From IMG/VR virus record IMGVR_UViG_3300027816_000062: a DNA stretch of 64,000 nt. The stretch is one strand, 5' to 3'. Shown piece by piece: positions 37,569-47,652 of this stretch. The DNA comes from an uncultured virus (IMG/VR IMGVR_UViG_3300027816_000062). Taxonomy: Duplodnaviria > Heunggongvirae > Uroviricota > Caudoviricetes. Each line of letters opens with the position of its first letter. Position 1 is the stretch's first letter. The notes beneath the pieces are model-generated. The model did not search any database and was not told the DNA's origin. It worked only from the letters and a program-made list of their open reading frames with translations. The position numbers and the translations under genes were made by a program.

Positions 37569-38048
37569 ATGAACATCTCAGTTAGAAACGCAAAGGTTGA
37601 CGCACATAATTCCCAGGAAACTCTGTGCTTTTCGGCGCAAATAACCATTGATGACAAACTTGCTTTTTATGCCGAAAACAATGGCACTGGCGGAACTAAT
37701 ACTTATTATCTCAACACTGATGAAGATCAATCCGCACAATTCCTTGAAGATGCAGAGGAATTTGCTAAGAATCTAACTGGAGAAAATTTTGAAGCACTGG
37801 ATTTGCTGATCGGGTCACTGGTAAGCGCATACACAACCGCGAACGAAAAGATTGACACGACCATTTTTATGATCGAAGATTCACAAGTTTACACCGTGGA
37901 TTTTGGAAAGAATCTTACCCTGTTGGATATTGTAGGCTTTGTTAAAGACAATCCCAACGCAAAGGTTCTGAATATGCTGAATTTTTCAGACGCAGTTCGC
38001 GAAATCGCCCTGGCAGATTTGAAGAACCAGGATTTTTCCCAAGTTTAA
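37569..38048 (+). CDS. hypothetical protein
   Basis: SQETLCFSA and AEN.G.GG motif; promoter upstream. Confidence 0.75.
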   Translation: MNISVRNAKVDAHNSQETLCFSAQITIDDKLAFYAENNGTGGTNTYYLNTDEDQSAQFLEDAEEFAKNLTGENFEALDLLIGSLVSAYTTANEKIDTTIFMIEDSQVYTVDFGKNLTLLDIVGFVKDNPNAKVLNMLNFSDAVREIALADLKNQDFSQV

Positions 38049-38093
38049 GAGAAAAATCCCCTAAGTTTTGGAAATCAAAAGGATATATAAAAC

Positions 38094-38675
38094 ATGAACC
38101 AGCTGCTTTCGGAAGAAGAACAACAAGATCGCGCAAGCTTCTTGAAGAAACAAAAGTTATCTCAAATCAAGACAATCGCGATCATTATGGTGATCGTGTT
38201 CACTGGAATCTGGGGCACGACTAGTATCATCAAGAACCATCAAAACATGATTGCACAACAAAAAGCCGCGCAAGAACGACAAGCAAAGAAAGATCAAGAA
38301 GCTGCACGGCTCGCAGAACAATCGAAGGCTGAACAAGATTTTATCGAATCCTATAAAGGACGACTTGAAGCATGGGAGAACATTCTCGGCAATGACAACC
38401 CCATTAAGGGCTGGCCCGTGCGCCGACGAGAATACATCATTCAAGACATTGCCAATAAAGAAGCAGAGATCACAAATATCTTGAGCAAAATTGGTTCAGC
38501 CACAACTAGGACTGAACACAATAACGGAAACACATCGCTTGCTTACAACGTAGAACAGATGAGCGAACTGCAAAGTCAACTCAAAAAGGCTGAATACGAG
38601 CTTTATCTACTGAATACAGAACTCCGCCGCGATGAATACTTTGAAGGACGAATCGCTGGATACGATCTAAAATGA
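38094..38675 (+). CDS. membrane-anchored coiled-coil protein
   Basis: single TM then heptad-rich region. Confidence 0.75.
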   Translation: MNQLLSEEEQQDRASFLKKQKLSQIKTIAIIMVIVFTGIWGTTSIIKNHQNMIAQQKAAQERQAKKDQEAARLAEQSKAEQDFIESYKGRLEAWENILGNDNPIKGWPVRRREYIIQDIANKEAEITNILSKIGSATTRTEHNNGNTSLAYNVEQMSELQSQLKKAEYELYLLNTELRRDEYFEGRIAGYDLK

Positions 38676-38778
38676 TTAGCTTTTTCTATGTCATGTCGTT
38701 TGTAACGATCATAGCCATTGTTCTGATCGTAGCGTGGATTAAAGAAGTGATTCATCACTTCAAAAAGTAAAACAAAAT

Positions 38779-38854
38779 GCCCCAGTAGCTCAGTGGATAG
38801 AGCAGCGGCCTTCTAAGCCGTTTGTCGGAGGTTCGAGTCCTCTCTGGGGCACCA
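38779..38854 (+). tRNA. tRNA-Arg(UCU)
   Basis: cloverleaf, GCGGC-CTTCTAA-GCCGT, ACCA. Confidence 0.94.
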
Positions 38855-38897
38855 AATTTTCCCCTTATTTCAAAACACTTTTATACTATATCAAAGT

Positions 38898-39608
38898 ATG
38901 AAGCTCTACACCACGCAACCAATTGAAGTGTGGAACAAACTCCAAGAACAAAAGATTCTGATCGCAGATGCGATGCTGGGAGAACACATCGATCAAGAAT
39001 ACGCAGAAAAGAATGGGTTTTCTATCGAAGATGATAGCTTCTATGCCGCCTATTCGTGGATGAAAGAGCAAATGGAACATCGAATTCCAGGCTACCAAGG
39101 TAACTGGCCGTGGTGGGCATGGACGCATAAAATTGACATCCGATCAGAACGACATCTGTACCCAAAGGGAGAAGAATTTGTTATGATCGAACTCGAAATC
39201 CCCGATGAGAAAGTATTATGTTCTTGCTTCCAGGGATGGCACTCCGTTTTGAATCGACGCTATCTAGCGAAAACTATGATCGAAGAAGCCAAAGCCGATC
39301 AAGAATGGATGGAGATTACGAACATGGACACAGACCCCGAGAAACCCAAAATCTCACTCTACCAATTACGAAAGTATGCCAAGGGCGAAGAACCATGGCC
39401 CGAAACAATCGAAGATTCCCCCGAAAAAGCACGAAAGAAGCAAGAATATAAAGAAAAGCAAAAACGAACATGGGAAAATATCTTCGACATTGAATGGATG
39501 AAGAAATCACAGTACGAAGGCGGGGACCAGATTCAAGCCTGCTTTGAAGAACTAAACATCAACCAAGTCATCAAAGCAAAGATGTTCAAAGGGGCGCGAA
39601 AGTCATAA
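38898..39608 (+). CDS. DUF3841-like protein
   Basis: LYT.QP, AY.WM..QM..RI, P.WAW, LEIP...VL.S.F..WH.VLN, IQAC. Confidence 0.75.
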   Translation: MKLYTTQPIEVWNKLQEQKILIADAMLGEHIDQEYAEKNGFSIEDDSFYAAYSWMKEQMEHRIPGYQGNWPWWAWTHKIDIRSERHLYPKGEEFVMIELEIPDEKVLCSCFQGWHSVLNRRYLAKTMIEEAKADQEWMEITNMDTDPEKPKISLYQLRKYAKGEEPWPETIEDSPEKARKKQEYKEKQKRTWENIFDIEWMKKSQYEGGDQIQACFEELNINQVIKAKMFKGARKS

Positions 39609-39648
39609 AAATCCCCCTTTTGTTTACGATCAAATTCATATAATAGAT

Positions 39649-39858
39649 ATGAACGATTCAAATCGCTTTGAAGTAATCAGCTCAGGTCCATACAATTTGA
39701 AGATTGTTGCGCAAACTATGACTGAGTGCATGGATATGATTCGACGAAACTCTGACATGGTGGACTTCTGGGCAGTTTTAGACCATTCTACGAAAACCGT
39801 GGTCGCTTTAAGCCAGGACTGGAAAGTCTTGCCAACATTCAAACCCGCAGTAAACTAA
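39649..39858 (+). CDS. hypothetical protein
   Basis: promoter motif; TAATG-coupled to PARP gene. Confidence 0.65.
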   Translation: MNDSNRFEVISSGPYNLKIVAQTMTECMDMIRRNSDMVDFWAVLDHSTKTVVALSQDWKVLPTFKPAVN

Positions 39859-41138
39859 TGAAAGAATCTCGATATATTTTCGCTGACGTGAGCGCGAATA
39901 ATAACAAGTTTTGGAACATCAAAATTGAACCAAACTTCACGGTCGTAACTTCGTGGGGCCGAGTCGGAGATAACGCACAATCAAAGGAATTTCCCCACGG
40001 AAGCCTTGCAGACGCAGAAAAGTTCTTCGATAGGAAATGCCGCGAAAAGGAACGAAAAGGATACGTTAAGCAAAGAGTTCTGATCGGAGAATACACCACG
40101 CAAGATAACACTTCGCTTGCGTCAGTTGCCAAACAACAAATCAACACAAATAGCCCCGAATTAGATGAACTAATTGCCTTCCTGACTAAAGCAAACGTTC
40201 ATAACATTCTAACAGCAACAGCTATGGAATACGACACTTCAAAGGGAGTTTTTACAACGCCCCTCGGAGTTGTCACGAACGATGCCATTCAAGATGCACG
40301 AAGCATCTTGGCATCAATGGGCCTTCTTGTGCATAATCAAGATTGGAACTCCCCCGATTGGAATTCGCTCTTGTCTATGTACCTTACTGCCATCCCTCAA
40401 AAGATTGGACGCAGAAAGCCAGACCCAAGAGAACTCTTCCCGAGCCTTCAAGCTATTCAAAATCAAAGCAAAATTCTTGACGACCTGGAAGCATCATTCC
40501 AATCTGTCGTGAGCGCACCACTGACGCAGAAAGGGGATGACACAAACACGCCACAAGTGTTTGATGTGAAATTGCATCTTGTAGACGATCAAAGCATAAT
40601 TCGACGAATCAAAAACAAATACGACTCCACACGAAAGACCATGCACGCATCATATCATCTGGGGGTGAAACGAGTCTTTTCTGTCGAAATTAACGCGATG
40701 GCAAAGGCATATGGTGATCGGGGAAAGAACGTCGGCAACGTGATGGAACTCTGGCATGGGACACGAGCGGGGAACCTTTTGAGCATCCTTAAAGGCGGAC
40801 TGCAAGTCCCACCCGCATCGAGCCCTCATGTGACGGGGAGAATGTTCGGGGATGGATTGTATTTTTCAGATCAGTCCACGAAAAGCCTCAATTATGCCTA
40901 TGGAGCAGCACCAGGACAAAGAGGAGGAATTGAATCGTCCACGTTCATGTTTCTCGCAGATGTAGCAATGGGACGCCCATTTGTCCCAACGTCCTATACA
41001 CGACCGTCAAAGTACCCCGTGCAAGGACATGATTCAATATTTGCAAAAGCAGGACAATCAGGCGTACACAATAATGAAATGATCGTATACACCACCGATC
41101 AATGCAACCTCACCTACCTGGTTGAATTCGGAAACTAA
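39858..41138 (+). CDS. WGR-domain PARP-like ADP-ribosyltransferase
   Basis: NNKFW..WGRVG..KERKGY (WGR); LWHGT, GRMFGDGLYFSD.STKS.NY, NNEMIVY (H-Y-E triad). Confidence 0.92.
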   Translation: MKESRYIFADVSANNNKFWNIKIEPNFTVVTSWGRVGDNAQSKEFPHGSLADAEKFFDRKCREKERKGYVKQRVLIGEYTTQDNTSLASVAKQQINTNSPELDELIAFLTKANVHNILTATAMEYDTSKGVFTTPLGVVTNDAIQDARSILASMGLLVHNQDWNSPDWNSLLSMYLTAIPQKIGRRKPDPRELFPSLQAIQNQSKILDDLEASFQSVVSAPLTQKGDDTNTPQVFDVKLHLVDDQSIIRRIKNKYDSTRKTMHASYHLGVKRVFSVEINAMAKAYGDRGKNVGNVMELWHGTRAGNLLSILKGGLQVPPASSPHVTGRMFGDGLYFSDQSTKSLNYAYGAAPGQRGGIESSTFMFLADVAMGRPFVPTSYTRPSKYPVQGHDSIFAKAGQSGVHNNEMIVYTTDQCNLTYLVEFGN

Positions 41139-41187
41139 AAAAATCCCCCGTTATCAAAAGGGGGATTTGATATAATAAAATACCACA

Positions 41188-41481
41188 ATGACCGTTAAAC
41201 AAGCATTTGAAAAGGCCTTTGGACCAATCCCCGAAGGGGCTACTTGCCATATCGGGTGCCGCGACATGTACAAGAACATCGAAGTGGACGCTTGCTATCG
41301 CCACATTGGTGAGACGTTCTTTTTGAACGTTCATAACAAGTTTGTTAGGTTCTGCGACCATTTTGCGTTTGGACCCGACATTAGCCACCGACCCGCGTCA
41401 GCGTTCCTCGGCTTCTTTGGGGGTGAGTATGATCGTGTGGTCGAAGAATGGATCGAATCTCAAAACGAAAAGCATAACTAA
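41188..41481 (+). CDS. hypothetical protein
   Basis: promoter motif upstream. Confidence 0.65.
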   Translation: MTVKQAFEKAFGPIPEGATCHIGCRDMYKNIEVDACYRHIGETFFLNVHNKFVRFCDHFAFGPDISHRPASAFLGFFGGEYDRVVEEWIESQNEKHN

Positions 41482-41526
41482 AAAAAATCCCCCTTTTTTC
41501 AAAAGGGGATTGAATATATAGAAGAG

Positions 41527-42201
41527 ATGAGCATTTCTCAATCGCAAACCAATAGCATCAAGAACATCGTAAACGAGCTTGTGAAGAAGGGGACTTCCTT
41601 CACCGCCCATGACATCACCCTGATTATGCGCGGCTCTGGCAATGACGTTACGCATAATTCCGTCAAGCCCGTTGTGCATGATTATATGCAGAGCGTAGGA
41701 AAGTATTCCAGTAAGCTGCGCACCTTCGGCCTCGCCGTGTTCGGCACGCTCGTCGCCATCCGCGCCATTGTCTATGGCCCGACTTCCACGGACATTGCCA
41801 ATTATGACCCGAATTCCATTCGGAATATTCTTGCCAATAATCAGGCACCCGTGACCTCCAACACGAATCAGCCCACGACTAGTTCTGCTCGTGGAACTAA
41901 GACCACCAACACTCAAAACAAGGGAGTGATTAAGGTGGGTAGTGGTGGCCGTGTCCGCGTCCCGACCAAGTATGTAAACGCCCTTGGAGTGAACTGGCAA
42001 GGCAAGGAAGTTGGACCTTACGTTTACTACTCGAAAACCAGTGACGGCTTTATCGTCGCCAAGAATGACCAAGGTCAAGGATGGAAGTCCATCACCGTCG
42101 ATCAATACGGAAACGTTCTGCTCCGAACCAATCTCAACGTAAGTAACTTTACGATTGAACAAGTTGGCTCCGACAAGATTGAAATTCGCGCAAGTCAATA
42201 A
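41527..42201 (+). CDS. hypothetical protein, possible AbrB-like DNA-binding repeats
   Basis: VGSGGRVRVP and TVDQYGNVLL; promoter motif. Confidence 0.6.
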   Translation: MSISQSQTNSIKNIVNELVKKGTSFTAHDITLIMRGSGNDVTHNSVKPVVHDYMQSVGKYSSKLRTFGLAVFGTLVAIRAIVYGPTSTDIANYDPNSIRNILANNQAPVTSNTNQPTTSSARGTKTTNTQNKGVIKVGSGGRVRVPTKYVNALGVNWQGKEVGPYVYYSKTSDGFIVAKNDQGQGWKSITVDQYGNVLLRTNLNVSNFTIEQVGSDKIEIRASQ

Positions 42202-42377
42202 ACTGACTTAACACAATCGGCTATAGGCGGAAGTGATTTTATCACTTCCGCTTTTCTTTTATGAACACGATTTTTTATGACTTTATATCATGATCTTTTT
42301 TATGACTTTCTATGATCGGGTGGCACGATTATAATAAAAATCCCCTTTCTTTTGTGGTCCAATCGGATATATAAATT

Positions 42378-42959
42378 GTGATTAATATCAGTAATTTCCG
42401 CGGTCCTATCGTCCAAATCGAACTTCGCCAGGGGAGTCTTTTGGAAGCAAAAGACTTAGACATCATTGTTAATGCTGCGAACTGTAAGATGCGCGGTGGC
42501 GGAGGATTAGACGGCGCGGTTCATGATGCTGCAGGCCCTAACCTTCTTGAAAAGCTGAAAGAACTTGCCCCCTACGGCAGCCCGACTTCCCATCCCGTTG
42601 TTACAGATGGCTTTGAAACTGGATTTAAGAAAATCATTCACACTCCTGGTCCTGTGTGGGCTGATGGTGTTTCAGGCGAGCGCATTGCACTTCGGGCAAC
42701 ATATGATTATGCTCTTGATGCCGCTAATGCGATCTGCAAAAACAAGAATTATAAATCAGTGGGGTTTGGTTCTATTAGCACAGGAATCTTTGGATTTCCT
42801 CTTGACCTTGCAATGCCCATCGCTCTTGGTGCCGTATCTGAATGGGTGCGGGTTGCGCAAAATGTTTATTTCAACAAAATTGTCTTTGTGATGTACGGGG
42901 AAGAAGAATACAACAAGTATAAAACAGCTTTTGACGCTATTAAAGCGTGGAACCCGTAA
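42378..42959 (+). CDS. macrodomain ADP-ribose hydrolase (YmdB/MacroD-like)
   Basis: IVNAAN..M.GGGGLDGAVH.AAG, IIHTPGPVW, ISTGIFGFP. Confidence 0.92.
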   Translation: MINISNFRGPIVQIELRQGSLLEAKDLDIIVNAANCKMRGGGGLDGAVHDAAGPNLLEKLKELAPYGSPTSHPVVTDGFETGFKKIIHTPGPVWADGVSGERIALRATYDYALDAANAICKNKNYKSVGFGSISTGIFGFPLDLAMPIALGAVSEWVRVAQNVYFNKIVFVMYGEEEYNKYKTAFDAIKAWNP

Positions 42960-43107
42960 AATATCGCCAAAATCAAAAGAACTCTAATATGGGTTCTTTT
43001 GATTTTATAACGCTCTTCCATCGTGACGCATAAAAATAGAAAGTCATAAAAATCCCCGATTTTCGAGCGAAAACCTACTATAATAATTAAGGAAAATCGA
43101 GGAAACA

Positions 43108-43656
43108 ATGAAAACCCTGAGTGAATGGAAATCTTTCCTGAAGACAAATCCCTGCATGAACTCTCGATTTGCCAAGGCACGAGAAGAATGTCCCGATTTA
43201 ATTAACAAAGAATTAAATCAATTGCCTGTCCCACCATTGGATTTGATTTTCGAGGCTGTAAGTCGTGCGTCTTGCGATCCAAACTTTGATCCTTACGAGC
43301 CTTTCGAGGCCCTTTTGCACGAAGACCCGATGCGGCGCATGCGGGCACTTTCAGAGGTTAACATGCGCATGGATCATATTTACACTCTGGTTCACAAAAC
43401 ACATTGTCGAGGATGCTTAGCGAGAGGCAATTTTGAATACATTTGGCAAATCATCAAGCATTACTGCCCCGATCACGATATTGACTGGCCCGACATTGAA
43501 TATAAAAAATTCTCATTGAGTGATTATGTTCGTGACGTAACTAAAACGCTTAATAGTCGCATGTGTTACGATATTGGCTGCATGGATTCCATGAGTGAAG
43601 ATTATGGTCGAGAAGGCAAAGCGCAGCTTTTGCCACATGTGCTTGACGAGGGATAA
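43108..43656 (+). CDS. hypothetical protein
   Basis: GAGGA SD; ORF. Confidence 0.7.
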   Translation: MKTLSEWKSFLKTNPCMNSRFAKAREECPDLINKELNQLPVPPLDLIFEAVSRASCDPNFDPYEPFEALLHEDPMRRMRALSEVNMRMDHIYTLVHKTHCRGCLARGNFEYIWQIIKHYCPDHDIDWPDIEYKKFSLSDYVRDVTKTLNSRMCYDIGCMDSMSEDYGREGKAQLLPHVLDEG

Positions 43657-43697
43657 AAATCCCCTTATTTTCGAGGTTCTGATCGGATATATAAGCC

Positions 43698-43946
43698 ATG
43701 AAGTCTTGTGATTTCGAGCTTAGTGGCCAGTTATTGATCGACGAAAATCTTGCCCCCCAACACGATTTTGAAGGAAAGTGCTTTGGATTCAAGCTGCCTG
43801 ATGGTCGTATTGTTCGAATGGTAATGGCCTTGGAGATTGAAAACCCAGACACGGGGAATTTCGAGTATTTTTCTGATTGTTCCAAGATGGAATCCATCGG
43901 GATGACTCTTCTCGATTACTTTAAGTCTAATTTTACTTTGATCTGA
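43698..43946 (+). CDS. hypothetical protein
   Basis: promoter motif upstream. Confidence 0.7.
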   Translation: MKSCDFELSGQLLIDENLAPQHDFEGKCFGFKLPDGRIVRMVMALEIENPDTGNFEYFSDCSKMESIGMTLLDYFKSNFTLI

Positions 43947-43963
43947 AGTGGAGAAGAATAAAA

Positions 43964-44353
43964 ATGTCTAAGTGGACCAAAGAAATTCCGACGGAACCTG
44001 GGTATTATTGGTTCTACGGATGGTTTGAAAAAAACAGCTCTTACTACAAAAAAGACGGAAGTATGTATTTTGTCGAGGTTAGTAAAGCGGCAAATTCTCT
44101 TGTCTTCGTAACGAAAGGTACGTTTCTTTATCCCACAATGGCCCTTGGACAATGGTCTAAAGCTGATGTCCCCGATGTGCCCGATCTTGGTCCGCATTTT
44201 TATGAGGGTTGTGAAGCATTGTTGATTGAAGATCAAGAGCGCCATATAGTCGCAAAAATAGATGCCCCCACCACCCGTGTGAAAACCCACCCGATTGGTG
44301 TTGACCCAATTCATGCGGTGTGGCGGGCAATGGATGATCTTGAATTCATCTAA
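43964..44353 (+). CDS. hypothetical protein
   Basis: GGAG SD; WT.E.PTEPGYYW motif. Confidence 0.75.
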   Translation: MSKWTKEIPTEPGYYWFYGWFEKNSSYYKKDGSMYFVEVSKAANSLVFVTKGTFLYPTMALGQWSKADVPDVPDLGPHFYEGCEALLIEDQERHIVAKIDAPTTRVKTHPIGVDPIHAVWRAMDDLEFI

Positions 44354-44405
44354 AAATCCCCTTTCTATCGTTGCAGAAAATAATATAAAACCGAGGATAC
44401 ACATT

Positions 44406-44645
44406 TTGATTTCAAAGCAACAAGCACTTGATTATAATACGAAAGAGTCTTTATTGATGCGTTACATTGATTCAAAGATTCTTCTCTATCGCGGTCGTAT
44501 ATTAGAGTTTTCGGTTGAGGGTCATTCTCAAGAATTGCTTGATAAGTTGATGCCATTGTATCAAGAAAATGGGTGGGATATCAAGCAAATTAATCGAAAA
44601 AAGACAGGTGGACACAGCAAACATCGGTATTGGCGCGTAAAATAA
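44406..44645 (+). CDS. hypothetical protein
   Basis: GAGGA SD before TTG; start uncertain. Confidence 0.55.
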   Translation: MISKQQALDYNTKESLLMRYIDSKILLYRGRILEFSVEGHSQELLDKLMPLYQENGWDIKQINRKKTGGHSKHRYWRVK

Positions 44646-44684
44646 TCCCCCATTTTCCATAGCCGAAAATAATATAAAAAGAAC

Positions 44685-44760
44685 GGGTCAGTAGCTCAGC
44701 AGGTAGAGCAGCGGTCTTTTAAACCGCGGGTCGTGGGTTCGAGTCCCACCTGGCCCACCA
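44685..44760 (+). tRNA. tRNA-Lys(UUU)
   Basis: cloverleaf, GCGGT-CTTTTAA-ACCGC, ACCA; directly behind promoter motif. Confidence 0.94.
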
Positions 44761-44776
44761 AATTTCCATCACTCTC

Positions 44777-45001
44777 ATGAACATATATTCAACCAGCGCA
44801 GAAGAAATCGTTTCGGCGATTGTCAAGCAGCAAAAGAACAAGCCGACATTTGTGCATGTTCAAGGTGATGACAGTTATGAATTTTACATGACTGATGCCA
44901 ATGTGTTCCTGTGCTACGATTGGAATATTAACAAGGAATTTAAGGTCGAAACGATTGAAGAACTGATCGACGAAATCAATCGACTCAAGTCGTACACCTA
45001 A
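44777..45001 (+). CDS. hypothetical protein
   Basis: ORF in array. Confidence 0.65.
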   Translation: MNIYSTSAEEIVSAIVKQQKNKPTFVHVQGDDSYEFYMTDANVFLCYDWNINKEFKVETIEELIDEINRLKSYT

Positions 45002-45046
45002 TTTTCCCCCGTTTTTACACGATCAGAATCAATATATAAAGGTATC

Positions 45047-45955
45047 ATGGACGAATCGCAGATCATCTTTTATTCTGTTTTTCTGGGGTTGATTTTCTTG
45101 AGCATTGCGATTTACGCATTGTGCCAACACCTAGACAAGAAAAAGAAAGTAGAAAGAGTAGAGCTTTATTCATTTATCAAAACTGGTCTGGCACAGACGG
45201 TTGATATCAAAGTGTTTTTTTCTACAATTGAAACAATGGCTCATAAGCAGCGCTGGAGTTGTTATCAGGTATCTAGGGCGATTGCTGAAGTTACTTGCAC
45301 TTCGATGCTTAATAAACCAATAGGATCAGCATTATTTTCCTGGATTGATATACCCCGCTTTGCTGTGTGGTATGCAGTAAATGTTTTTGCCAGCGAAAAC
45401 ACAAGAAAAATGGCATGCATCAATCCACTTACTGCAATTGACTACGCTCTATATGTTGACAAAATGCCTCACCACACAACCAGATCAGCAGCATGTAGAC
45501 TAGGCGTTGTCCCGAACTATCTCGAAGCCCCATACAATACTTTTTTTGCTATTGATCGCAGCTTTGGTTACACTAATGTTGAAAAACAACATAATTATAG
45601 TTTGCCTTGGAAGGTTTTAGTGTCATCTGGCAGGTTCGCAATAGATTATGCATTAAAGGTTGATAAATCCCCCAACGAAGAAACTAGAGAGGCGGCATGC
45701 AGGCATTTTGTAACGGCGATGGAGTATGCTATTCAGATTGATCGAGGTCCTAATGAAAAAACTCGGAAGGCCTGTTGTGAAGATGCACGCTGCGCCTTTG
45801 AATATGCTTTTAATATAGATAAGTCGGCGCATCCTGATACGTATAGATCAGTTTGCGGTTTGCAGCTCCATCACGGCCTTGTTAGGTGGAAGCATGTTAA
45901 ATTCAATGATTTAGTTAGACAATATGAAGCTTCGTTGGGTAAACCAAAGATTTAA
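45047..45955 (+). CDS. membrane-anchored protein with ~24-aa internal repeats
   Basis: N-terminal TM; repeats A..YA..VDK.P...TR.AAC. Confidence 0.75.
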   Translation: MDESQIIFYSVFLGLIFLSIAIYALCQHLDKKKKVERVELYSFIKTGLAQTVDIKVFFSTIETMAHKQRWSCYQVSRAIAEVTCTSMLNKPIGSALFSWIDIPRFAVWYAVNVFASENTRKMACINPLTAIDYALYVDKMPHHTTRSAACRLGVVPNYLEAPYNTFFAIDRSFGYTNVEKQHNYSLPWKVLVSSGRFAIDYALKVDKSPNEETREAACRHFVTAMEYAIQIDRGPNEKTRKACCEDARCAFEYAFNIDKSAHPDTYRSVCGLQLHHGLVRWKHVKFNDLVRQYEASLGKPKI

Positions 45956-46000
45956 CTTAATTTTCCCCGTTTTTGCACGATCAGAATCAATATATAAAGT

Positions 46001-46328
46001 ATGAGCAAAATCACAATTGGAATCTACAAGTCCGATGGCACTCTACTTGGTTACAAGGCAAGCCCCAAGTGGACACTCACTTCTGACAAAAGTGATGCCG
46101 AACGCTACGTTTACAATCCAAGCGGGGATGGTTACAATTACAACATTGAGAAAGTGTTCCATATTGTCACGCGCAATCATGGGGCCTCTAAATTTCGTTT
46201 TCGATGAAATCTTCAACATACTAAAGTCTCACAAAGGTTTGAGAATCGGATATGAGTTTGAGGATTCTGACGAGCCTGTAATCACACACATGATTGAAAG
46301 CTCGGGTGTCTACCAAATTTCCCCTTAA
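46001..46328 (+). pseudogene. frameshifted paralog of 46358..46687
   Basis: extra C at 46178 relative to paralog (CGCAATCATGGGG vs CGCAATATGGGT). Confidence 0.75.
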
Positions 46329-46357
46329 TTTCTAAAAAGCAATCAATATATAAAGCA

Positions 46358-46687
46358 ATGAAGGACACAATTGCTATTGGCATTTACCACTCTGACGGAA
46401 AACTTCTCGGATACAAAGTAGACACGTTTTGGTCACTTTCTCAAGACAAAGCTGATGCCAAGCCTCACATTTTTGATGAAAAAGGAGAAATCCCCGATAA
46501 TATTATTGGTAATCTAAGTCAGATTGTCACGCGCAATATGGGTCCTCTAGCCTTCTTCTCCGCAGAAACCGTGAACAAGATCAGTTCTCATAAGGGTCTC
46601 CGAGTGGGCTATGAACAAGATGGCTCCGACAAGCCTGTGATCACACACATGATCGAGGCTACAGGGGTTCATAAAATTTCCCCTTAA
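46358..46687 (+). CDS. hypothetical protein
   Basis: intact paralog of upstream gene. Confidence 0.75.
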   Translation: MKDTIAIGIYHSDGKLLGYKVDTFWSLSQDKADAKPHIFDEKGEIPDNIIGNLSQIVTRNMGPLAFFSAETVNKISSHKGLRVGYEQDGSDKPVITHMIEATGVHKISP

Positions 46688-46715
46688 TTCCAAACAAAAC
46701 TCCCTATATAAAGAC

Positions 46716-47612
46716 ATGAGTAGAGTAAAGAGAGTTATTGATAATGGTCTGGTATCGAAAAACTCAGTGCCAAAGCACTTCCCCGATTCGATTCAATACG
46801 AGACGATCATGGGAAGTGTGGCCTACGGAGTGTCTTCTGATACGTCGGATATGGATATTTATGGATTTTGTATCCCGCCCAAGCACATTGTCTTTCCTCA
46901 CTTAGCGGGACATATCCCTGGCTTTGGTCAACAGCCTGAGAAATTCGAGCAATGGTCGGTGCATCATATCAAAGATGAAGAAAAAAATACCGAGTACGAT
47001 TTTTGCATTTACAATATCGTCAAGTATTTTAGTTTGGTTATGGAAAACAATCCCAACATGGTGGATTCTCTTTTCACTCCACAAAACGCGATTTTGCACT
47101 GCTCTCCAATCGCTCAAATGGTGCGTGACGAACGTCATATCTTCTTGCATAAGGGAGCGTGGCACAAGTTCAAGGGCTATGCCTACTCGCAGATGCACAA
47201 AATTCGATCAAAGGAGGCTCCGCAAGGCAAGCGAAAAGAGCTGGTGGAACAGTTTGGATTCGACGTGAAGTTTGCTTATCATGTTGTAAGATTGATTGAC
47301 GAAGTTGAGCAAATTCTTGTTGAGGGCACTCTTGATCTTCAAAGAAATCGAGAACAGCTTAAATCTATTCGGAGAGGTGAATGGACTTTAGAGGAAATCG
47401 AGGAATACTTTACTCGTCGAGAAAAAGAACTTGAGCTGGCTTATGCTAACTCAAAGCTGCCTCACACGCCCGATGAAAAGCGAATCCGCCAGCTTTTGAT
47501 GAATTGCCTTGAGCATCATTACGGAAACCTATCAGACGCCGTAGTGGATGTTGACGCGGCCACGAGAACACTTCAGCAAGTTGCGCATCTAATTCGACAA
47601 GGGGGATTCTAA
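46716..47612 (+). CDS. pol-beta superfamily nucleotidyltransferase
   Basis: GSVAYG....SDMDIYG, NNPN, FKGYA, K.AYH..RL, L.SIRRG. Confidence 0.88.
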   Translation: MSRVKRVIDNGLVSKNSVPKHFPDSIQYETIMGSVAYGVSSDTSDMDIYGFCIPPKHIVFPHLAGHIPGFGQQPEKFEQWSVHHIKDEEKNTEYDFCIYNIVKYFSLVMENNPNMVDSLFTPQNAILHCSPIAQMVRDERHIFLHKGAWHKFKGYAYSQMHKIRSKEAPQGKRKELVEQFGFDVKFAYHVVRLIDEVEQILVEGTLDLQRNREQLKSIRRGEWTLEEIEEYFTRREKELELAYANSKLPHTPDEKRIRQLLMNCLEHHYGNLSDAVVDVDAATRTLQQVAHLIRQGGF

Positions 47613-47652
47613 AAATCCCCCGTTTTTTCTTTTTTGATCAATATATAATTCC

